IMG/VR virus record: IMGVR_UViG_3300008255_000461
Location: 1-24,271 of that record
Source of the DNA: a virus
Lineage: Duplodnaviria > Caudoviricetes
DNA length: 24,271 nucleotides
Direction: 5' to 3' (one strand)
A model generated the notes under the pieces. It was not told where the DNA came from. It saw only the letters and a list, made by a program, of their open reading frames with translations, and did not search any database. How positions within the stretch are numbered: the first letter of the stretch is position 1; each line of letters starts with the position of its first letter. The position numbers and the translations under genes are program-made. Of this stretch, positions 17,201-24,271 are shown one piece after another.

Positions 17201-20200
17201 AGGCCGCCAGATCGACCGCACCAACGAGGCCAACGCCTATTTCCTCCCCATCGGCAAAATGGTTGACCTCGACAAGGTGCGCGAGGCCATGAACGCCAAG
17301 GGCTTCGACTTCCAAACCCCCGCCGACCTCCTCGACGCCCTCGACTCCTCCGTCTCCTACAACAAACCCTTTTACGGCACCGCGAGCCGCGGGAATGATT
17401 CGTTTTCCATTGGCCGCGTCAACCTCCCCCCCACAACGCAAGAGAGCCGTGAAGTTTCCTCCACGGCTCCGGTTGCTGATTTGACAGCGGATAGCGGGAC
17501 AAGCCCGGTTTCCAATGCATTTTTGTTTCAATCCGCGCCCAGCGAACCGGGCGATGCGTCACCTCGCGGCGACGGGGAAACAAATAGCTCATTCTCCATC
17601 GGACGCGCAAGGGAAAATTACGAAAAGGCGCAAAATCGCGTTCTTTACGCGAAAAAGGAGCTTTCAGAAGTGGAGGAAGCCACCGCAGAAGAGCGCAAGG
17701 AATGGGAGGAAAAACACGGGAAAATTGTCACGGTGAATTCGACGGCAAAATTTCGTCAATGGTTTCCTTACAAAAATTTCACCCCTCCAAAAAACGATTA
17801 CACCTGGCAGTTCACCAAGAACGTCAATGGCGTAACATCACGAGGACGCGGGCTTTCCAGAGGGTATGAACCCCATCCCGAGGTTACAATATTCACAGTG
17901 GATCAAAATGGTATCGAGACTCACGCAACAAAGATCATCGACAACCACGGAAAAACGCTTTTTGAGATTTCCACCTTCGACCACAAGCCATTTCCCGAAT
18001 CAAAGGAACTCATCGCCGCCCGCGAAGCCCTCGCCCAAGCCGAAGCCGAACTCTACCTAGCCGAAGAGGAATTCGACCCCGCCAACGCCCCCGATCCGAA
18101 CGACACCTCACCCGATCCGGTTCCGGCAGCGGGTAGCAATTCCGTAAGCAACGAATTGCAGCGCAAGCGGGACATCTACAACGCCATGCTCGACGCGAGG
18201 GCGGTGGAGGAGAAAAACGCCGCCCGTTCCTTCATCGCCCGGGTATGGAGCGCCTACGCCCAGCACGATGAGCTTTTCCAGTTCGGACGTTCCAACAGCA
18301 AGGACGCGGCGGAAATCGCCAAAGCCGTATCATCCCCGGGCAAGCTCATCACCGTGGTGGAAAACGGTGATTCCATCCGCCTTCAAGGGAAAAACGGATA
18401 CATCAGCATTGAGGATGCTGAAACAACCAGACCTTATATCTCTGCCCCAAACGCAGGCAGCAAAGGAAAAAAAGAAGGGGGTGGCTCTCAGCTTTACGCC
18501 ATCGCCCTTGATTGGATTCACAACAACAAGAAACGGGTGAAAGATGACAGAGGCGGACTCTCTCACATCAACTGGGTTCGCCGCACCTCCAACATGGCCG
18601 CATCCGCCATCCGCTGGGGAACCACCCGCCACCTGAAGCCGCACGCCAATCAGGAAGTCGGAAAGTGGACAACCAACGACCTCTTCAACACCTCCCTCCT
18701 CATCACCAAGGAGATGGAGAACACCCACCGCATCCTCCCCCAATCAAAGGCATTGCGCTACGACTTCGCATCCGATACCTTCACCCGCGATGGGCATGCC
18801 GTCACAACCGAAGAACTCGCCACGCTCATCGAAGACACCTTGTCTTTCGACAAGGGAATCGGCCTTTCGACTCTTCAAAGAGCGGTCATCACGGCATCCG
18901 CGATTGATGAATTTCAGCGAGGAACGGCTGAAAGTATTGTTCAACAGGCAGAATCCGACCTACCGGCTTCCCTGACCGGAGTTTCCTACTCCCTCGGCCC
19001 CGCATCCCTCAACCGCATCGAGGCCGCCATCGCCCGGAAATTGACAGCAGCCCCGGACGAACGCGCCGAATTCTACTCCCGCGTCCGCAACCGCCTCGCC
19101 GGACTCACCCAGCGCCTGGAGGACATGGAGAACGGACTCGGCCCCTTCGCCCGCAAGCCCACCGACGAGGCCGGGGAGGAACGCCGGCGCATTCAGGACG
19201 CCATCGCCGAAGCCCGCGCCATCATCAGTTCCCTCCCCATCGAAGCCCGTGGCCGCGTGGACTTCGACTTCGAGGACATCACCGCCAAGACCACCGAGAA
19301 AGGCCGCGTCAAAGCCCTCCTCCGCCTCATCGACAAGGCCGACGTTGCCCTCGAAGTGGTCTTGAAAAAGGAATACCTCGAAGCCTTTTCCCGCACGCTC
19401 GACCTCGCCGCCCCGGAACTCCGCCAGAACCGCGCCATTCGCGGCCGTCTCACCCCGGAAACCCAGCGCCTCATCAACGCCATCATCCCCATCGTCCACC
19501 TTACCCAGACGGAGGCACAGGCCGCCACCATTCAGGCGCAGGCAGCCTACGACGCGATAGAGGCGCAATACCCCGACCCCACCGACGACGCCGCCGTGAC
19601 CGCATGGGAAAGCGCCCTCGCCTCCGCACAGGAAACGCTCGACCTCCTCAACACCTTCGCCTCCCTCACCTCCCAGACGGCCGCCGAGATCGCCGAGGCA
19701 CGCAAGCACCTCCTCCAGATCTACACCAAAGGCCGCACCGCCCGCCAAATGCTCGACCAGGCGAAGCGATCCGAGACCGCATCCCAGCGCCGCGAAGTGA
19801 TCGAATCCCTCGGCGGCATGGTTTCCCAATCGAAATGGGCGAAGCGCACCGAGAAAGCCGGTTTCGCCGACCTCGCCGAATCCTTCCGCCTAGGCCTCGC
19901 CTCCTTCCATGAAGTGATGGAATGGCTTTTCCCAAAATCCATCGCCGCCCGCGACTACCAGCAGGCCATCCGCGATTCCGAACGCGCCTTCACCCGCGCC
20001 AAGATCGACGCCCGCGAGCGTTTCGAGAACTTCGCTTACACCGCTTTCAACCTCACCGGGAAATCCCGCAAGCGGAAGCTCAACCGCATCATCGCCGCCC
20101 TTTCCACCCGCCGCGACGATTGGAACATCGAGATCGCCGAGGGAACCCGCTTCGAGACGGAGAAAATGACCGAGGAACAGGCCGCCGGCGTATTGGACGG

Positions 20201-22394
20201 CACCATCAAACCCGGATGGGAAGGCGACCCCATCGCCATGGAATCCCTCCGCCAGTCCCTCGCCGACTTCCGCCTCCAGCGCCAGACCGCCCGCGACAGC
20301 GCAAAAGCCTTCACCAAGAAGGTGGTCAAATTTCAGCGCCTCACCCAGCGCGGCGCTCCCACCTTCCTCCGCATGTCCGACATGGAGGCCGTCTATTGGC
20401 TCCAGCTCGCCGCCCAGGAGCAATACCTCCCCGCCCTCGACCGCTACGGATTCACCCCCGCCGTCATCGCCAAGATCCGCGCCAAGCTCGATCCCCGCGC
20501 CGAAACCTTCGCCTCCCACCTCCGCAAGGAATACGACGCCCAATGGGGCAGGCTCAACCCCGTCCACCAGCGCCTTTTCGGCCTCGATATGCCGCGCATC
20601 CGCAACTACGCCCCCGGCATGTTCGATTCCATGGACTCCAAGGGAGACCCCAACATCGGCATGGACGGCGCAGCGGGCAGCGTCAACGCCATGACCGCCG
20701 GATTCACCAAAGCCCGCGTTCACCACATGGCACGCCCCCGCCAGATGAACGCCCTCGCCGCCTACTGGAGCAGCTTGGAATCCACCGAATACTTCATCGC
20801 TTGGGCGGAAACCATGCGCGACATGCGCCAGGTCTTCCGCTCGCCGGATGTCCGCCGCGTGATTGAGGGGAACTACGGCACCCGCGCCGCCCGCGATTTC
20901 TCCACATGGCTCGACACCCTCGAAACGGATGGCCGCGCCCGCGCCCTGGAAGCCATCGGCCTTTCCGAACTCACCACCAACACCCTCACCACCCAATCCG
21001 CCGTCGGCCTCGCCTTCAACCTCGGCACCGTATTCAAGCAATGGAGCGCCGGACTCGGCCACTTCATGCACATCCCCACCACGCAGGCGATCAAGGTGAC
21101 CTTCCAAGCCCTCGCCGATCCCGCATCACTCCGCGCCGCATGGGGAAACGAAGCCGTCCAACAGCGCATCCTCGCCGGAATCACGCCCGAGGACAAGCGC
21201 CTCATGGACGCCGCCAACGCCTCCCCGTCCCTCGCCATGGAACTCCTCGATCTTGGACGCCTACCCATCGCCCTCGCCGACGCCGCTTTCACCTCCATCA
21301 CCGGAGCCGCTGCCTACAAATACCAGTATCAGGAAGCCGTGAAAGCTGGCCTGTCCGACTCACAGGCGCACGCCGCAGGACTCACCCACCTAGATTTCGT
21401 CATCACCCGCACCGCCCAGCCCGCCACCACGCAGGACAAGTCCCTCGCAGAGAACTCCGCCAAGGGATTCGCCAAGTTCCTTTTCCTCTTCAAGTCCGAC
21501 CCCCGCCAGAAATTCGCCAAGGCAGCCTCCGCCCTGCGCCTCATGCAGCGCGGCGACATCACCAAGGTCGACGCCGCCCGCCGCATTGTCTTCTCATGGA
21601 TGGTCTACGGCCTCATGGCACAGGTCGCCACCGACATCTGGCTCTCGATCTCCCGCGACGACGACGACGAGGAAAACTGGAAACCACAGGACTACGCCGC
21701 CGCCATGATCGCGGGGCCACTCTCCGGAATCCCCCTCATGGGAGCCGCGCTCGAGACCACCATCAAATCCCTTGTCGGATCCAAGGCCTACACCAACAAC
21801 GCCAACCCCATCGACAAGGCCGTCTCCTACGTCTTCCGCGACGGATTCACCCTCGCCACCGTGAAAGCCGCATCCGCCGAGGAAATCGACCTTTCCGAAA
21901 TCCTCGCCGCAGCCACCCGCGACGCCGGGTCAATCTCCCAGATCCTCGGAACCTACACCCCCGCCTTCGCCATCATCCCCGCCGGCCTCCGCGCCGTCCG
22001 CGATGCCGTAGGGATCGGCTCCAACGTCATCGGGGCCTTCACCCCGGAGAGCGAGGAGGAAATCGCCTCCCGCATCATCCGCGAGGAAAGGAAAGCCTCC
22101 CGCAAGGAAACCACCGGCACCACCGAAGACCTCGAAGCCATCACCGCCGATCTCCTCCGCCTCGATCCAGCAGCCCGAGCCAAGCGCCTCGCCGCCCTCG
22201 ACAAGGACACCCGCGCCCGCGTGGAGCCCCGCCTCCGCCGCGCCGCCATGTCGCCAAACGAACGAGCCCTTTCCTCCATGTCCCTCGCCCAGCGAAAGGC
22301 AGCCGTGGAAAAGATCCTCGAAGCACTCCCCGAAGCCCGCCGCCAGCCCTTCATCGACCGGCTGGAGGAAATCGGAATCAATCTCCCGGATTGA
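14247..22394 (+). CDS. giant internal virion / DNA-ejection protein with polyvalent-protein-like modules (2715 aa)
   Basis: 8.1-kb uninterrupted ORF with ATGA coupling, at the T7 gp16 position. Gly/Ala hydrophobic segments near both ends and a central modular insert. Confidence 0.8.
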   Translation: MTPTDLDIALGDLTTIPEETAWGAFQTLKAARTDPALAADPNLSKNREALQSYVTERRSNGHELFPNVTAAANRQRNDTLAALYTKPLEEALPGASFSEIERRAAFTADPEEFKQRQVNRSFLSATLGRNITAEEYPFIRQIYAKQHLGLDKDTSEKAVFSALQTRFTEEATSQKTLTALAKQAFTETLEGKPRTAPDLSAIPPRLRENVAAEISRTQREAARQKRQLRPTVDTITKELSTFAKELEGAPAELELTFPFEKVASALPRDPKQKQLALALVAMEIRNLPDFQKGGAQRFQDSVIRGLFNAGISAVSLPLEIGAKLRAALPAGQEFKRTAQDNETIRRDAQTLRRMLIGEIDPAVKATDGLVTKSLILAGGSAWTLPAVAAGPAGWAAMASAFGGDSYQQAREENPDASRDAQLFAAAASGVVQAGAETVLTKVGFKVVGGKIPGLAGILNKSGVLNPLARGTIAAAAGGATITATEYTEEALQGATDRLAQDLALEFSNIAPSTDWKQFWGKWLTVGGQEQRDTLLAIMPFAVVGAGGGSMGHFKYGSHLARNRALLDAVGVPEAKIREIVRSTDVEKTDSLIKEAFAEGLEARTAEQKAAARETLREQNRLITAAGLPRITKESEYTFTFTDPVSGESSEFETEEEALAHWRDAALQQNEAALETIANAAREGSLDFLTAEGKVSNDTRVQETDVVMSFPRAVKEGIITREQLEARLQSFILQEGMSAADAVNATESLVIRARSYTEATRDGQLRYTVQLFKGADALNIFEDFAEDAMKRAISAGIADPLTILADLRDYQTATGDTILPAGYEYDPDNAIPLIEAFSALARAQVIGNVSTDSIPRSVGQWLETITTYGEHTLATAKDIARGYAPDLQRTATLREAIGKGTLPPRLLDLINDSIGINEKETFRRMEKAYEEQLMAEAMGGFPEIQAELQGRIPHPQTLRDNQHPLAGEVRRIWESMKKPTRRRDSQGRQIDRTNEANAYFLPIGKMVDLDKVREAMNAKGFDFQTPADLLDALDSSVSYNKPFYGTASRGNDSFSIGRVNLPPTTQESREVSSTAPVADLTADSGTSPVSNAFLFQSAPSEPGDASPRGDGETNSSFSIGRARENYEKAQNRVLYAKKELSEVEEATAEERKEWEEKHGKIVTVNSTAKFRQWFPYKNFTPPKNDYTWQFTKNVNGVTSRGRGLSRGYEPHPEVTIFTVDQNGIETHATKIIDNHGKTLFEISTFDHKPFPESKELIAAREALAQAEAELYLAEEEFDPANAPDPNDTSPDPVPAAGSNSVSNELQRKRDIYNAMLDARAVEEKNAARSFIARVWSAYAQHDELFQFGRSNSKDAAEIAKAVSSPGKLITVVENGDSIRLQGKNGYISIEDAETTRPYISAPNAGSKGKKEGGGSQLYAIALDWIHNNKKRVKDDRGGLSHINWVRRTSNMAASAIRWGTTRHLKPHANQEVGKWTTNDLFNTSLLITKEMENTHRILPQSKALRYDFASDTFTRDGHAVTTEELATLIEDTLSFDKGIGLSTLQRAVITASAIDEFQRGTAESIVQQAESDLPASLTGVSYSLGPASLNRIEAAIARKLTAAPDERAEFYSRVRNRLAGLTQRLEDMENGLGPFARKPTDEAGEERRRIQDAIAEARAIISSLPIEARGRVDFDFEDITAKTTEKGRVKALLRLIDKADVALEVVLKKEYLEAFSRTLDLAAPELRQNRAIRGRLTPETQRLINAIIPIVHLTQTEAQAATIQAQAAYDAIEAQYPDPTDDAAVTAWESALASAQETLDLLNTFASLTSQTAAEIAEARKHLLQIYTKGRTARQMLDQAKRSETASQRREVIESLGGMVSQSKWAKRTEKAGFADLAESFRLGLASFHEVMEWLFPKSIAARDYQQAIRDSERAFTRAKIDARERFENFAYTAFNLTGKSRKRKLNRIIAALSTRRDDWNIEIAEGTRFETEKMTEEQAAGVLDGTIKPGWEGDPIAMESLRQSLADFRLQRQTARDSAKAFTKKVVKFQRLTQRGAPTFLRMSDMEAVYWLQLAAQEQYLPALDRYGFTPAVIAKIRAKLDPRAETFASHLRKEYDAQWGRLNPVHQRLFGLDMPRIRNYAPGMFDSMDSKGDPNIGMDGAAGSVNAMTAGFTKARVHHMARPRQMNALAAYWSSLESTEYFIAWAETMRDMRQVFRSPDVRRVIEGNYGTRAARDFSTWLDTLETDGRARALEAIGLSELTTNTLTTQSAVGLAFNLGTVFKQWSAGLGHFMHIPTTQAIKVTFQALADPASLRAAWGNEAVQQRILAGITPEDKRLMDAANASPSLAMELLDLGRLPIALADAAFTSITGAAAYKYQYQEAVKAGLSDSQAHAAGLTHLDFVITRTAQPATTQDKSLAENSAKGFAKFLFLFKSDPRQKFAKAASALRLMQRGDITKVDAARRIVFSWMVYGLMAQVATDIWLSISRDDDDEENWKPQDYAAAMIAGPLSGIPLMGAALETTIKSLVGSKAYTNNANPIDKAVSYVFRDGFTLATVKAASAEEIDLSEILAAATRDAGSISQILGTYTPAFAIIPAGLRAVRDAVGIGSNVIGAFTPESEEEIASRIIREERKASRKETTGTTEDLEAITADLLRLDPAARAKRLAALDKDTRARVEPRLRRAAMSPNERALSSMSLAQRKAAVEKILEALPEARRQPFIDRLEEIGINLPD

Positions 22395-22397
22395 CCC

Positions 22398-22412
22398 TTG
22401 CCACCCCTTAAA
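22398..22412 (+). promoter_or_regulatory. 15-bp box TTGCCACCCCTTAAA, copy 4 (putative tail fibre promoter)
   Basis: Exact copy. TATCGT at 22436-22441 follows after 23 bp; ATG is 6 bp further on (22448). Confidence 0.75.
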
Positions 22413-22447
22413 CACGCAGGCGGGGATTTCCTTCCTATCGTCCCGGC

Positions 22448-23386
22448 ATGGCGCTAGGCGATGCAACCAACCGGATCGAATACGCGGGGAATAACTCCGC
22501 CGTCACCGCCTACGCTGTCCCCTTCCGCTTCGATGCCGCTTCATGGCTCATTGTCCGGCACATCGAGGAGGACGGAACGGTCAACATCCTAAGCAATGGG
22601 GTTGATTTCGCCCTCACAGGGAACACCGTCACCGGCGACGGGGAAATAGTCACCACCGAGGCCATCCCAGCAGCGGACAGCCTCGTCTTCTCCCGCTACA
22701 CCCCGGCCTTCCAGACCCTTTCCCTCGTCCCCAACAGTCCGCTTCCCGCAGCCGACCTCGAGGCCGCGCTCGACCGCCTCATCATGGCGCTCCAGGACAG
22801 GGATACCAATGGCGGACTCCCCTTCTCCCGCGCCATCATCTTCCCCGTCTCCGAGCCTGACGACCACGAAAACACCCTACCCAACCCCGCCCTCCGCAAA
22901 GGCCATTTCCTCTATTTCGACGCGACCACCGGCGAAATGCAAACACTCAGCCAGGCCGGGCTCATCACCCTTCTTGGCGAGGGATTCCGTGGAGCCACAG
23001 GCGCAACCGGAGCCACAGGCGCGGACGGAGCCGCCGGTGCAGACGGGGCCGACGGCGCATCAGCCTACGAGCTCGCCCTCGCAAATGGTTTTGTCGGAAC
23101 TAAAATCGAATGGCTCGCATCCATCGAGGGAGAGGATGGGGCGCCGGGAGCCGATGGAGCCCCGGGAGCCGATGGCATAGGTCTCCCCGCCGGAACCGCC
23201 GGACAAATAGCCTACCACAACGGCACCGGCTGGGTTGCGCTCGCCGCCCCGGCTGCACCAGGCGGAAACCAACAAATCATCCTGACCCACGACGGCACCG
23301 CCCCCAGCTGGGTCACCGTCGATGAAGTCATCCTCGATTACTGCGACACCGGAACCCCAACCACAGGAACCTTCCTGAAACTCTGA
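22448..23386 (+). CDS. tail fibre protein with T7 gp17-like N-terminal anchor and collagen-like repeats
   Basis: N-terminal YAGN...YAVPFRF...RYTP..Q...EAALDRLIMALQD anchor pattern. G-X-Y runs at 22982-23062 and 23129-23182 flank SAYELALANGFVGTKIEWLASIEG. Confidence 0.85.
   Translation: MALGDATNRIEYAGNNSAVTAYAVPFRFDAASWLIVRHIEEDGTVNILSNGVDFALTGNTVTGDGEIVTTEAIPAADSLVFSRYTPAFQTLSLVPNSPLPAADLEAALDRLIMALQDRDTNGGLPFSRAIIFPVSEPDDHENTLPNPALRKGHFLYFDATTGEMQTLSQAGLITLLGEGFRGATGATGATGADGAAGADGADGASAYELALANGFVGTKIEWLASIEGEDGAPGADGAPGADGIGLPAGTAGQIAYHNGTGWVALAAPAAPGGNQQIILTHDGTAPSWVTVDEVILDYCDTGTPTTGTFLKL
22982..23182 (+). repeat. collagen-like Gly-X-Y coding repeats (9 + 6 triplets)
   Basis: GFRGATGATGATGADGAAGADGADGAS and GEDGAPGADGAPGADGIG; DNA-level repeats GGAGCCACAGGCGC x2 and CCGGGAGCCGATGG x2. 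Confidence 0.85.
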
Positions 23387-23847
23387 TGGCGCACCTCATC
23401 CAGCCCATCGAGATCAGTGCAGTAAAATACTGCCCAACTTGCCAGACAGGCCACGCCACCAGGGCGGTATTAACCGACGACCATTTATTCCTCGCTACAA
23501 ACGCCGCCGACGTAACCACCCCATGCGGAGGATGGGATATGATAGAGGGCAGCATCGCATGGGAAGGTGAGGTATCTTTCGGGGTCACCTGCTGCAGCGA
23601 AGTTACAGTCGAATTCTCAGCGAACGGCGCTCCTGATTCCGAGACCGAAGGTCATTACGTCGAATGTCATGCCTACCTCGACGGGACTTTTGTTGATTTC
23701 GTCTATCTCTACGTAGGCGGCACGGATAGCATAGCAATCCCCATCACCTCGGAGGCCTGCGGATCAATCATCACCCTGCATTGCTACGACAGCGTTGCAG
23801 TCGGCATCGATATCAACGCCACCGCCACCATTATCAGCATCACCTGA
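23386..23847 (+). CDS. hypothetical Cys-rich, beta-rich protein (tail-fibre associated)
   Basis: TGATG coupling to the tail fibre gene; 153 aa with 8 Cys including an N-terminal CPTC. Confidence 0.7.
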   Translation: MAHLIQPIEISAVKYCPTCQTGHATRAVLTDDHLFLATNAADVTTPCGGWDMIEGSIAWEGEVSFGVTCCSEVTVEFSANGAPDSETEGHYVECHAYLDGTFVDFVYLYVGGTDSIAIPITSEACGSIITLHCYDSVAVGIDINATATIISIT

Positions 23848-23858
23848 TCCCTCTCACC

Positions 23859-24271
23859 ATGAACTTCACCTCAGACACCACACTCGAGCTTGCCACCTTC
23901 CCGGGCAGCTTCTACCTCCTCACCCTCGCCGGGGATTTCGGGGGAGGCTCCCTCGCCGTCACCGCCATACTGGACGACGACAGCACCGCCCCTCTGATCG
24001 ACCCCATTACGGCCGATGGAACCTACATCGTCCCTGTCTCCACCCGCCGCACCGTCCTGGAACTCTCCGGATCCACCGCTCCGGATTTGACCATCGCTCT
24101 CGTCCACTCCCAAAGCCCCTTCAATCCCTACTACGAGACCGCAGGCGCAGCCGCCGCGCAGATCGAGGCAATCGCCACGCCATCATATCTCGACAGGTTC
24201 ACGCTGCGGGCGGATGCGACCGACATAGTCAACGGCACCACCCCTGAAATCGGCAACCCCTATTTCTTACA
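23859..24271 (+). CDS. hypothetical structural/tail protein, truncated at the window end
   Basis: CACC-ATG at 23859 opens MNFTSDTTLELATFPGSFYLLTLAGDFGGGSLAVTA... with no stop to the window end; C-ending codon bias like the other genes. Absent from the ORF track. Confidence 0.75.
   Translation, partial: MNFTSDTTLELATFPGSFYLLTLAGDFGGGSLAVTAILDDDSTAPLIDPITADGTYIVPVSTRRTVLELSGSTAPDLTIALVHSQSPFNPYYETAGAAAAQIEAIATPSYLDRFTLRADATDIVNGTTPEIGNPYFL

Noticed and set aside
3584-22412. 15-bp repeats as CRISPR repeats, att cores or sigma54 promoters
   Set aside because: They are kilobases apart with no spacer structure, all sit at module starts with fixed spacing to start codons, and lack the GG-N10-GC sigma54 pattern.
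22448-24271. Diversity-generating retroelement target or invertible tail-fibre cassette (expected in some BPP-1-like phages)
   Set aside because: No reverse transcriptase, TR/VR repeat pair or inverted crossover sites are visible in this window; they could lie beyond the right edge.

Overview
Contiguous + strand virion-morphogenesis region of a GC-rich, strongly C-skewed podovirus-like phage or prophage with a T7/BPP-1-like gene order: terminase small and large subunits, portal, Bbp19-like protein, scaffold, major capsid, decoration protein, tail tubular A/B, internal virion proteins including a 2715-aa giant, and a collagen-repeat tail fibre. Four things are not explained by the gene list. 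(1) A full integron-type (IntI-family) tyrosine recombinase is coupled to terS, with an attI-like simple site (117-135) at the canonical position and orientation, which suggests a phage-borne integron whose array would lie left of the window. (2) An identical 15-bp box TTGCCACCCCTTAAA occurs four times, each 23-24 bp upstream of an NANNNT -10-like hexamer and mostly ahead of apparently leaderless genes. (3) An atypical CAU-anticodon tRNA and two structured RNA candidates lie inside the head module. (4) The giant protein carries compositionally distinct modules between repeated S[FY]S[IL]G linkers. All assignments come from reading motifs and synteny by eye; no database search or folding program was run.
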